From the NCBI GenBank assembly GCA_051294375.1, contig CM119266.1:2783812-2847811 (forward strand): a stretch of DNA of 64,000 nucleotides. The letters are read 5' to 3'. Below the pieces are notes generated by a model. That model saw only the letters and a program-made list of their open reading frames with translations, was not told the DNA's origin and did no database searches. The position numbers were made by a program, and so were the translations under genes. The stretch comes from Paraspadella gotoi (lineage: Eukaryota > Animalia > Chaetognatha). Below, one piece after another: positions 25,651 through 38,321 of this stretch; the first letter of the stretch is position 1; each line of letters starts with the position of its first letter.

Positions 25651-26364
25651 TCAGGCGCTGACGTCGCTGTAGGTGTTATGAAGGTCGCACTGGGCGAGCC
25701 CCTCCACGCGTTTGACGAGTTCGTCGCCAAAATCCTCGTGGATGCGAAACCAAAAGAATCCGAGACGAAGGAGACGAAGGACGAAGAAGAGGGAGGGAAC
25801 GGCCGTGCGGATGAGAGGGTCTGAGGGGGGAGAGAGGGAGGAGGGGAGGGAAGAAGAGAGACAATCGGAAGGAAGAGAAAGAAGAGATGAAGGGGAATTA
25901 AAAAAAGGAAGGGAGGAAGTAAAAGAAGAGAGACAATCGGAAGGAAGAGAAGGAAGAGATGAAGAGGAATTAAAAAGAGGAAGGGAGGAAGTAAAAGAAG
26001 AGAGACAATCGGAAGGAAGAGAAAGAAGAGATGAAGGGGAATTAAAAAAAGGAAGGGAGGAAGAGAATGTGGAAGGAAGATAAGAGGACAAGATAAAAAA
26101 AAAGTATGGGTCAAATGTTACATTGACCGATTGAAGCATCAGCTAATAATCCTTAATACACGATCCGCGTGCTCTCGACAAGGTTCGATCCTCACCCATA
26201 AACAATCCGATGCTGACGTCGACGGCGTAGGCGACCCAAAACGCGGCGAGCACCTTCATCCCTTGATTGTGCTTCTCCACAAAGACGATGATGGAGCCGA
26301 TGAGCGCTCCCACGAGGGCCACGATCATCACCTTGTTCTCCCACGCCGGCTTCGGATTTCTCAT
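25651..26364 (-). CDS. Small membrane protein, divergent REEP/TB2-DP1-HVA22-like, copy B
   Basis: Exons 26364-26196 and 25820-25651 (same phase-1 intron) give MRNPKPAWENKVMIVALVGALIGSIIVFVEKHNQGMKVLAAFWVAYAVDVSIGLFM-DPLIRTAVPSLFFVLRLLRLGFFWF...SA*. Confidence 0.62.
25852..26066. repeat. ~72-bp purine-rich tandem repeat x3 in the intron of copy B
   Basis: AGAGACAATCGGAAGGAAGAGA... recurs with ~72-bp period. Confidence 0.9.
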
Positions 26365-27009
26365 TGCGTCTCCAGGAGTTGTACAAGTGAACAAACAAAA
26401 TAAGTAAACACATATAAAAAAAAAATTAAAAAAAAATATATCGCTGCACGGAAGTGAACCGTAAGGAACAGGAACTGGCTGAAAGAAAATTATATATCGA
26501 TTTTCTTTTCGCCTAAATGAAATTTAAATTCGAATGTTTAAATATGTTATAGAATATAGATAATAAATAATATGTGTTGGATATCGGTTTTTGCCTTTGA
26601 TACAATTCTGCCTTTGTTTCTCGAAATTAAATGCGATGAATTAATCTTATTAATATTATTGATTTTTTTTTCATTATCATTGACCCAAAGCTTATACAAA
26701 TTATTTTTTCTCGTCAGAGTCCAGCACCGTGCACCTTGGTCATTCGACAAAAAAACAAAAGTCTCTCTCGAAGTGAGATCTGGGAGATGAAGAACTGGCA
26801 ACATAAGCGCGTCATAAGCGCGAGAAAAAAAAGAAAAGTATTATTTATGTAATTCTAGACTATAAGTAATTAATTAATAAGAGACAAAACGTCGACCACC
26901 ATGTTTACTTTTTATATGTATTGTATAATGATTAATAAATTAGAAAGCGAAGTATTTTCAATATTAGTATAGAATTTGAAAACAACGCAAAACTAAAAAA
27001 ACTCTTTCT

Positions 27010-27542
27010 TCATTTCTTTTCCTTGATCGTTCGCTTCCGAACGACGTCGCCGTCTCCACCGCCCTCACCCACGGCTCCCTTCTCGTCATCCTTCCCTTTG
27101 AGGTCGGCCATGAGGTCGGCCATGAGGTCGGCCTTGTGGTCGGCCATGAGATCGGCCTTGTGGTCGGCCTTGTGGTCGGCCTTGTGGTCGGCATTGTGGT
27201 CGGCCTTGTGGTCGGCCATGAGGTCGGCCTTGTGGTCGGCATTGTGGTCGGCATTGTGGTCGGCCTTGTGGTCGGCCTTGTGGTCGGTCTTGAGGTCGGT
27301 CTTCGCCGCCGCCTTCCGGTTTTCAAACGCTACCCTCTCTCCGTTGAATTTATAATAGTAAAACCACTGGAAGAGGAACTGGGTCAGTCGAAGAAGGGAA
27401 TTGTCGGGGGATCCTAGGAAAGGATCTGGAGAAAGAGGGGGGAGAATAAAGAAAATAAAAAAGGCGGGCCGGATAATTGTCGATATTATTTCAATAATAA
27501 TAATAATACTAACACTAATAATAATAATAATATTAAAAATAA

Positions 27543-27588
<46 letters not shown>

Positions 27589-27713
27589 AACACTAATAAT
27601 ACTAACACTAATAATAACAATAATAATAATAATAATAATACTAACACTAATAATACTAACACTAATAATAACAATAATAATAATAATAATACTAATGCTA
27701 ATAATACTAACAC

Positions 27714-27754
<41 letters not shown>

Positions 27755-27757
27755 GAA

Positions 27758-27817
<60 letters not shown>

Positions 27818-28141
27818 TTAATTAATAATAATAATAATAATAATACTAATAATTAATAAGAACAATAATAATAATAATAATAATTAATAAAAATAATAAT
27901 AATAATACTACTAACACTAGTAATAATAATAATAATAATAATTATAATAATAATAATATGAACGCCAATAATACTAACACTAGTAATAATAATAATAATA
28001 ATAATTATAATATAATAATAATAATAATAATAAAAAATAATAATTAATAATACTTATAACACTGTAATATAATCAATAATAATAATATAATATTATAAAA
28101 CTCATGATCGCACTATAATACTAACACTTATTAAACTTGTA

Positions 28142-28192
<51 letters not shown>

Positions 28193-28273
28193 TATAATAA
28201 TAATAATATGAACGCCAATAATTACTAACACTATATAATAATAATAATAATAATATAATAATAATAATAATAA

Positions 28274-28307
<34 letters not shown>

Positions 28308-29288
28308 TAATTAATAATAATAATAATTAATAATAATAATAATAATAATCGCTACCCAGCCAGAACAACGATGCCTCCCCACTTCCGCGTCAACACTCCA
28401 CTCCCGTTCCCAACCTCGCCTTTCACTCCCCCCTCCCCCAAAACCCCTTTTTTTCCCCAACCCCCACGACGCGGCCACGCCCACCCCGCCCCCACCGACG
28501 ATGCGATGAACGACGACTGCGATCCAAAACGAAATCCAAACTTTCGTCTCTTCTCTTCGACGTTTGATGACGGCGCCGATGGTGAGAAGAAGGGCGAAGA
28601 AGGGGACGCCGCCCGCGATCACCTGGTGAGGTGAGGTGAGGTGAGGTGGCGCCGAGTAGGGGGGGGGGTTCTTTCTTTCTCGGTGATCTTTTTTTTCTCG
28701 AAATGTGAAATCTTAAATCGGCCTTTACTCATTAATTTCTAGATTAATGTGAAGCTACCTATTTTTTTTAGAATTTTGTGAATTATTCATTACGAAGAAA
28801 GCATATTTATTTCTCTCTGGAATTTCGTAAGTCTAAAAATAGAAACCGAAAAAAAATCCAGACTTTTGCCTCAGTCGTCCATTAATATTAAAATATTCTT
28901 GGTAATAATAGTCGTGATTGAAAGCTTGCAGGGTTTTTGTTATATTATTATTTTTTGCGATGGATGTCCAATGTCAGGGACAAGATAGCTTATTTATAAA
29001 ATGAATGGATGATTTTATATTGTTGTACCAATTTCAAAGATAACTTAAAATTCTCTTACTAATTTTTTGTTTATTTCCCCAGTTGAAAATAAAGATGAAT
29101 TTGACAATGAATCAAAATCTCTCTCGTCTCGTGACCTCGACTCTTGATATTTCCGACAGAGCGGCGCTGGTCTCCATCGTCAAGGCACGAGCGGAGTTGC
29201 AATCCAGCGCCAGACGAATTCCCATCAGCGACAGGAAGTGGATGGCGCTGAGACGACAACACGTGGAAAATCCATCGGGTAGTTGCAT
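27010..29288 (-). CDS. Small membrane protein, REEP-like copy C, with a tetrapeptide-repeat C-terminal tail
   Basis: Exons 29288-29136 (tentative), 28622-28496 and 27413-27010 splice in frame: ..VIAGGVPFFALLLTIGAVIKRRREETKVWISFWIAVVVHRIV-GSPDNSLLRLTQFLFQWFYYY..(KADH/NADH/MADL)n..KEKK*. Confidence 0.55.
27493..28348. repeat. Very long imperfect (AAT)n microsatellite in the intron of copy C
   Basis: Directly visible, about 850 bp, interspersed with ACTAACACT variants. Confidence 0.97.
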
Positions 29289-29622
29289 GGCTCGAGGGAA
29301 GAGGCCGATGTGTGGCGATGAGAGTCTTGCTGAAAGTCTCGGGGATGATTGCGCGCCGGTTTATTACTTTGCTTGTGCTTCGAGTTTGTGTTTGTTATGG
29401 TTTGAAATTTTTTAGTTTACGGTAAGGACAGAAAGAACTCGTAAGAGCTAACTCTATCGATTTTGTATCTTAGTCGTATTTTAAAAAGATCGTGTGAATT
29501 ACTTGAGTCCCACATTTTAGAGCAATTAATAAGTAAAGCTCGCCTTGACTATGCGAACTTGAAACTACTCCCTAAAGCTGTGGCTGAATTGTTATGATCT
29601 CTCTCTCTCTCTCTCTCTCTCG

Positions 29623-29657
<35 letters not shown>

Positions 29658-30432
29658 CCTCTCCTATTTAGCTTCAATTTTCAGTTGTTGACATCGTTGT
29701 CATTTTAAATACTTGACGAAAATGACGTATTCGTCATCTACGTCTTTCTGTACGAACTAAACCTTTCGTACTCGTGAACATAAAACGTTTTTTATACGCG
29801 AGAAAAACAGTCACGTGACTACGACGATTAAAGGGCAAATTTCGACGTTGACGACGATCGTGATAAGTATGGATGATGATGATGATGATGATGACGATGA
29901 CGGTAACCACGAATATAATCTCGATCGCATTGTATGGGTCGCTCCGATGAAGAATGCGTTCAATTACCCATCGTCAAAAGGAAAAAAAAAAAATTCAGAC
30001 GATGGCGAAAGACGAAACGATTTGTTGAAATTCTTTTTTGAAATTGGAAATTAGAAAATTTTAAATTTCATTTTTTTTGAAATGCAAATACTAGTTGTTA
30101 AATATTTTATCTTTAAGGTCATTATTTTATAGAAACACAAAGAACTCGTAAATTGGATGAAATAATAAATTAAAATGTTTTGGCGAGTAAAGGATGACGA
30201 GATCCTCCTTCGTCAGCCCAAAATCCACACCGGTCGTCAATCGAGCGAGTCCCGATCGAAGCCAATCGTCAAATCATTCGTAAACAAAATACGATTTAAA
30301 AAAAAAAAGAAAAAAAAGAAGAAAAAACTAACAAATAAAAAACAAAAAAAATTAAGAAAAAACTAACAAATAGAAAACTCTTTGTCTTTTTTTTTTTTGC
30401 GTTTCATTTTTTCTTTCTCCGCGGAAACCCCA

Positions 30433-31805
30433 ATGGATGGAGTTGGCGGTTGCCGGGGCCTCGGTCTCGAGACGGCTTCTGTCGTTGAAGACATTCTCGA
30501 AGACATGAAGAAGTTGACGAGACAGTTTGGAGATGAAAAAGGCGCGAGGAGCAACTCCGAGGAGCAGGGGCGTGGAGAAGAAGGGAGAGCGTTGGCTAAG
30601 TTAATTGTAAAGAAAATGGATCATTTGCAGGTAAGGTATTATTAATAATATTAATAAATGACGCGTTTTATTATCGGGTTTGATTAATAATCGGAGAAGT
30701 GGTTAAAGTCCTCTTAGGAATTAAGGTTGTCATGAAGTGAAAAGCCTTAATTTACATTTGTCTTCCAATCATGTTAACACAAGACTCACTTTCAGAATTT
30801 GCGTCTCACAATGTCTGAGTCCATGTTCACTGTTCACTGTTCACTGAACTGAACTAAACAGTGAACATGGATTCAGATAGAAACTTTCAGTGTTCAGTCA
30901 TACTGACGCGATAACGGAAACACAAATAGTAGTCATAGACACAAATAGGAGTCATAGATACAAATAGGAGTCATAGACACACAGATACACAAAATTCATA
31001 TTTATCTGAAACAGTCTAGACTCCATAGTCCAGAGTCAGTGTCTAGCAAACATCCAGATTAGGTTCTCGTGCCTCAGTCAGATGATACCAGTGAGAACGA
31101 CGAGGTTTTCACCACCGGGTCACGGTGACCGAGTCACAGTCATAATCGCAGTCAACTGTAAACATCGATTAATCTTAACTTTTTTCGTTTGTGCGAAAAG
31201 AGTCGATCGTTTCTTGTATAAGTCACTTCATCGATCCCTTGTTGTTTTTGCAATAGTTTTTCATGATTGAGTGTAGCTTTACAGTACCTTTACAGTACCT
31301 TTACCTTTACAGTACCTTTACAGTCCTGTGCAAAAAAAAGAGGCCACCCAAAAACATTATTAAAATAAATCGAGGGAAATTCCTTTAAAATAAAAGATAT
31401 TATAAGTGAATAATATTTATGGAAAAAGGAACTATTGGTATAAATTTGGTTAATCTGATACGAAGCAGTGATTTTTTAAAAGTAACTACTCAGTTACAAC
31501 TACTAAGTACGCAAACAGAATGTTAGAGGCAGTAATTCGGTAAAAAAACATCAATGAATAAAAATATCCTGTGACAGAATTTCCTCATCAAACTGGACGA
31601 TTTGCTGAATCCCGTTGATGACAACGATGAAGACTGCAGCTTCCAACGACTGCGTCAGTTGTACCTAGAATCAACGCGCTGCGGCGGCAGCGGCGGCAGC
31701 GGCGCAGGATGCGGAAGAGAAGCTGCCGCGGCGAAGTGCGTTTTGCACGCGGATGATCGTGAAGGGTTCCACTTTCCACCTCGGGCTGTTAGGGTGAGGA
31801 GAGAT

Positions 31806-31855
<50 letters not shown>

Positions 31856-34800
31856 AGATTCCAATTATCAATTAATTTCTTCAGAGAAACAAAAGCAGCG
31901 TCGGAGTTCAAGTCAAAAAAATCGATAATCACGACGACGAGATTCGCGATGATAATTTGACAACTGAGCGGAAATCGTCGCCGCCGAAAGTCAAGCAGCG
32001 CAGCCGCAGCATTTCGCTGCGATCGGGAAACGCGGCGCCGCTGAATTCAGCATGCAGCGCATCGCCGTCTTCGATCAGCGCTGCCAAAGCAAAAGCGTTG
32101 TCTACAACTTCTTTGAATGCTGCGGAAAGAGTTTCATTATCGGTTGCGGGGTATTCGAATGAACTTTTGCGTCCATCCTCTGCTGCGGAAATGGCTCCTG
32201 CATCTTCTTCTGCAGAATTGGCTGCTGGATCCTCTGCTGCGGAAATTTCTGCTGCATCTTCCGCGTATTCCTCGTCAATGCAGGTTCCTTCTTCGTCGGC
32301 CTCTTCAACGAAGAATCGCTTCTCCTACTCTACCCCTCAAACTGCTGCACCGACACCACCTCTAAGATCTCTAAAGAACACTTCATCAACACCAGCATTT
32401 ACATCTCCGCTCTCATTTTCCCCAACACTCTTGCCCAAATCTCCTCTCACAATCTCCCCGATTTCCTCTGAGAGGTCTCCTCTCACCATCTCTCCAACTC
32501 CTCTTCAGAGTCCATCAACACTCTCGCCAACAACCTCAATTCTCTCGCCCTCGACATCCTCACCGACACCTTCCCTCAAATCTCCTACAACCTCTTCGCC
32601 ATCACCCTCGGAGGTTTGGCCCAACTTCGGTTCTCTTCCGACGGAGATCTTGACTCACGTCTTCGGATTCCTGACGACGAGAGATTTGGGGGCCGCTTCG
32701 AGTGTCTGCTCCAAGTGGCGCCGGATCGCCGGTCATCACAGCCTCTGGCACTCCATAACTCTCCAACCATCGAGGCGAGTTCGCGAGGGTTTGCCGTGTT
32801 CCAGAAATTGAAAATTTATGAGTATTGATTATAACATAATATATATTGTTGTAATTTTTCTCTCTTTTCGTTGTTCAAATAAGATAGAGATTCAGAAAAC
32901 GAAAGTTCTTAGTATTTTTTACAACGATTTTATTTACAAAGAAAAGCTGCAGCATATCAAAGTGCCCGATACTCATCTCTTGGTCTCGTGCGACTTCAGA
33001 GCATGTTTACAATATCCCTCAGGGACTGCATTGGCATCCGCAGACGCCGCCTGAAGGGAGACCGGTGTTGCACGAGCGTACGCCAATCCAATTGGATGAT
33101 ATCATTGGCACTGCTGCGCTTGGACCTTGGAACTGGCTACTTCAGTTCGATGGACGATACTATGCCAGCCCTGGTGGGCTTAGGGATGGGCAAATCACCT
33201 CGAGTCCTCTGGCAGATTTTATATGGAGGGACTATGAAGTGGAAGCTTTGCTTCTTTTCGATCTCTGCATGGGGCAGAGTCAGTTCTTTTCTGGTATCGG
33301 AGGCAGACGATACAAATCCTGGCCTGTGAGAGGGATCTCATCGGACCCTACTGAACCATTTGAACAGCATTGAAGCGGAGCATCAAGTGACGTGCGAAAA
33401 GGAGACGAATGGTCAAATTCCCAATGCTCGATGATGCTTATAAAGCGCAGAGAGGGACGGCTCATTGGAATTTCAGTATATCCAAACCGACCCACACTGA
33501 CCAATATATTCCCTTACGATTCGCATGCTCCCTTGTCACACAAGCTCGCCACGGTCAGGTCCCTTACCAGGAGAGCTCAACTGATCCGTCGACCCCCGAG
33601 CTCCAGGCCCAGAGCTTGAGCATGTCAAAAGAGCCTTGGCGCTCAAATGGTTACCCTCTGTGGGCATTCGAGAAGGCTAGGTTCGGCTGAACCAAGCTGA
33701 GGGCAGTGGCCACCAAGGGGCTGCCCAAGTAACCGCTGACGCAAGCTCAACCTCCGCCCCCCAGGAGGAAGAGCGAGGCCTTGCTGCCGAAGTACCACAG
33801 CGCCACCACAGCGCAACGGGAGATAAGCAGAAGCGTCTCAAGACCGTATGGTCACTTGTCCTCCCTACCACCAGGGGATCACTGAAGCTTTGGTGGCGGG
33901 TGCTAGCAAACAGGGGATCTCCACTGTCAGTGACGACCCGCGGCTCTTTACGTGAGCAATTGGTGAAACCGAAAGACAAAAATCCCCAGACCGAAAACAT
34001 CAGGAGCCCGTCTATTGGGCGGCCTGTGCAGGGCGGGCAACCAAGCCGCACAGCAGCATACGTGGGTGAACAGGGAAGTCTCTATCAGATCGGTGTTATA
34101 CAACCAGCAAAAGAAAAGCCGATAATAATACAAAAGACAAGTCGAGGCCACTAACTGTCGGCTTCATAGCAGAACATTCGGCCAATACGGGCCATCTGTT
34201 TAGAGAATTTACTTGGACTGTTTCTCATGCTTGTCCATGACAAAACTGGTTCTCAAGATGGTATTAGAGAGGCAATTTACATCAAGCCCGTCGAGCCCTC
34301 TTGAACCGTGATGGAGGGACGATTTCGCAGCTCCCTCCAAGCTACGATTCGCTCATCAAGTTGGCGGTGTGGAACACCCTACACCACCCCAACCGCACGG
34401 TGATTTCCCCTGTCCCTAACCAACTCCCAGGTCAGGCGTTTAGGCCTTTCTCAGCCAAGCAATGGACGTCCGATGCCTCTGCTGAGGCTACAGCAACTTG
34501 GTGTGACCCTTCTTCACACTGAGCGTCGATTCCAAAACGACGGCTGCAGGAGGGAAGGATTGAGGAGTCTGTATCACCGTGCATCCAAGCAAGCGCTAAG
34601 AACAGGCAATCCGGGCCCACCTCACCGGCAGGTGAGAGGAGGGCAGTTCACGGCAGGTCTTATCAAGGCCAAAAGAGGATATTCGAGATGGCCCACTCGG
34701 CACTTCCAAGATGGATCACTCACCCGATCCTCAGGGTGTCGAACTCTACAAAAATATCTTCTCAGCCTTTGATACCAGGTCAATGTACCGATTCACATCG

Positions 34801-36481
34801 TCTAACGTCCCCGATTTGCCGCGCGGCCGCGCGGGCGGGGCCAGCTCAATTTAGCTTTCTTTCCTAACTTAAGTTTTTAACTAACTAATGTTACTTACCG
34901 TATCCCTCACCACTGTATTCCTTCAATTTCATCTCCTTTCACTCGGCTATCATACTCCATTAGTCTCAAATCCAACTATTCTACCTCTCTATTATCATTT
35001 TGTTATTAATTCATTTGCCATTTATCTGATTCATTTATCTTTGTTGTACATTTGTCCGAAAAAATTGTAATGTTTCTCTCTCTCTCTTCTCCTCTCATAC
35101 GCTTTCTTATTCACCATTTTTCAAGAAATCAACCTGTATTTCCCCTTTCTCCTGTCTCCTACCTCTCACCTGTCGCTGAATTCTGCACCACGTCCTTCTC
35201 AATTCTTTGTTTGGAATTCTCTCTCTCTCTCTCTACAATCTCTCTCTCTCTTTTCTCTCTCCTCTATCCCCAACTCTATGTATGAGTTGTGATAAAATAC
35301 AACTGTCAAATGCTGATGAAGACTCGAAAAAACAAGAGGTCGAAGCATGTCTCCAATCATTTGTTAGATATCGCGGGTTTGACCAGGAAATACTGAAAAC
35401 TGTTTTCGAATCTGCTGTAACATAATTATATATATGTGATAAGGCGCTACGTGGGCTGAAGATGACTGTCCGTAACTTCTATAACCCCTCTAGCAGCCAT
35501 GGAACGGGTCCCTGGGCTTGGAACCAGGCTTGAGGGTTTGCCATGCCCCCAAGGCGGCTTACGGCCGTCCTCACGCTTCCCGCAGGGTAGGTACCGGTTG
35601 GGATTGAACCCGGTACCTAGTGGTCATGAGCTGATGGCTTTACTCAATGAGTCACGGGGTCACAACTGAAAGTGTCATGATTCTAGGCGGGTGAACCTAG
35701 GCAATGCCCGACTACATGCCCCCCAGATTGTAACCCACCCTGCACTGCTTCCAGTGGAGGGAGGGAGCAATCTTCAGCTAGACAAAGGCCTGGAATCAGA
35801 AGGTTGGAATACGCTCGACAGGATGGGCTCACCAGTGTGGATAAGGCGCTACGTGGGGCTGAAGATGACTGTCCGTAACTTCTATAACCCCCTCTAGCAG
35901 CCATGGAACGGGTCCCTTGGGCTTGGAACAGGCTTGAGGGTTTGCCATGCCCCCAAGGCGGCTTACGGCCGTCCTCACGCTTCCCGCAGGGTAGGTACCA
36001 GGTTGGGATTGAACCCGGTACCTAGTGGTCATGAGCTGATGGCTTTACTTAATGAGTCACCGGTCACAACTGAAAGTGTCATGATTCAAGGCGGGGTTGA
36101 TACCTATAGGACAATGCAACCGATTACTAATATATATAATATATATATTAATATAAGAAAATTTTCCATCTGTTCAATAGATCCTAAAAGCTATCTTGCC
36201 CCTGAATTCAGACATGTTATTATCTTGTAACACGGATGGATGAAGGCCTTAACTTACAAAGCTTTTTCAAAGTCAGGAAGAAAGATTGATTATTGATTAA
36301 TTAATGTATAATTTTCATTGTGATTAAACTTTCTTTCGTTGTGTTTTAGATAATTGAAACTAAAGACAAAGTCTTGATACAGCAACGATTTTATTTTATT
36401 GTACAGACAAGTTTCGGCTTTCATTCAAGCCTTCATCAGTGCTTTGACAATTCACAATTTTCATGTTTTCCAAATTAACTT

Positions 36482-36539
<58 letters not shown>

Positions 36540-36835
36540 TGAGGGAAAAGAAATTAAAGTTGTGAGTGAGGGAGAGAGAGACAGAGAAGCAGAGGTTAAC
36601 ATTTGGTAAGAAAAGTTACATTATTAAATTTACCATTGTTGAACATTTTCTAATGTAACTTTTCTTACCAAATGTTAACCTCTGCTTCTCTGTCTCTCTC
36701 TCCCTCACTCACAAATTTAATTTCTTTTCCCTCACATTCTCTCTCTCTCTCTCTCTCTCTACTAACTTAAACCTGTCCTCACATTTCACCACTGTCCTGT
36801 CTCATATCTTTGTTGGCCATTTCTTCTCTCTCTAT

Positions 36836-36901
<66 letters not shown>

Positions 36902-38289
36902 AAGTTAATTTGGAAAACATGAAAATTGTGAATTGTCAAAGCACTGATGAAGGCTTGAATGAAAGCCGAAACTTGTCTGTACAATAAAATAAAATCGTTG
37001 CTGTATCAAGACTTTGTCTTTAGTTTCAATTGTATAATTTTCATATTGGTTGTACCAATGCACCAATTTTATGTTTTATGTTTTAGGGTGATTGTGGTTT
37101 AAAAGTTGACTGCCAGGTTATTAATGTTATAATTCATTTATTTATCATTCATTTGTTAATCATTCATTTATTAATATTCAGTGTTTAATTTGTGGTACCT
37201 TAATATCACATGTCTTGATAAAAGAAGTAGTAAATAAATATATTGCTTAAATGACCGAATTGCTGCTTAAACAAAAAACCTCCCTCCTAATCTGTATTGT
37301 TCGCATGCGGAGTTGACCCTGGTTGGTCACTATGATGTTTGGTCGCTAGGGAAGCCGGCCCAACCGTTCATCAGCGGCCATTGGTGCAGGAGGCAAGTCA
37401 TTCGCCTCCCAACCCAAAGGTCCGGAGTTCTAGCCCGGTGGTCGCCTAGCAGTTAAGAGGGACGGAGCGCTTAACCCACCTGTAACATGGTGTTACAGCC
37501 TGATCCGAAGCTCAGGGACTGCTTATATTGAACGGTTCTGTCATTAACTTATAACAATAATTACTGTCTCTTCAATTCATTAATTATTTCATATTCAATG
37601 CTGACCATCAATCGCTGCAATATACAAATGAGATTGAACAACATAATCTCATTTCTCCGCAGGAGAGACAACCTTCTCAGCTAATTGAGTGATGCTGACA
37701 AATATTGGTTTATTATTATTTATTCATCAAAATTACTAAAAATGAACAAAAACGAATTTTCCAATCTTGTCCTCAGCCTGGATCGGGCCACTCTCGCGCA
37801 AATCCTCTCCACACGCCCCTCCGTTCGCTCCGTCACGTTCCACCGCCGCGTACCGCTCACCCTCGAATCCGCTGCGCAGTTGACGCGTCACGCTACGCGG
37901 GTCGAGGCGATCGACTTCGCTGTCAGAGACGACGTCGACGAAGTGTTTGGGATTCTGACCGCGAGTTTGAAGGATTTGAAGGTGAGGAGGAAGAGGGGTC
38001 GGGGATGTTGAGAGACGCCGCTGCTCATTCTTTTTGCATAAATGAAAAGTTTGACATAGTTGATCGTCGAAAGGTAGAAGAGGAATAGCTAATCGGGATT
38101 GTTAAAATGATCTCTTTGAACGAAAGAAAGGAAAAAAAGATTAGATTACGATAGGAGATAAAGAGTTTTAAATCTAGTCTTTTAACTAAGTCATAAAAAG
38201 CTGAGTGGTAAATTTTGGGGGAATGGCTGCAACTTGTAAATTACGATTTAAAAAGAAAGAAGGTCACGCGCTTACTACGTAGTTGATTG

Positions 38290-38321
<32 letters not shown>

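Larger units (their letters stand above)
36319..37030. mobile_element. Non-coding fold-back Penelope derivative P2: two inverted pLTR arms, each with a hammerhead
   Basis: Arms 36352-36623 and 36651-37031 are reverse complements (the right arm has ~100 bp extra); TSD TGTATAATTTTCAT at 36305-36318 and 37031-37044. Confidence 0.85.

Noticed and set aside
27401-27856. Poly-Ile and poly-Leu ORFs
   Set aside because: Translations of the (AAT)n microsatellite; the same applies to the SLSL, ERER and FFLS ORFs elsewhere.
28507-29278. Plus-strand spliced ORF (MNDDCD..HL + LKIKMN..ENPS) overlapping REEP-like copy C
   Set aside because: Frame-consistent but has no recognisable homology; most simply an antisense shadow of the minus-strand exons. 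Not fully excluded without RNA data.
37374-37446. Functional tRNA-Gly gene
   Set aside because: The anticodon stem is mispaired and the T-arm is irregular; better explained as a SINE head or pseudogene.
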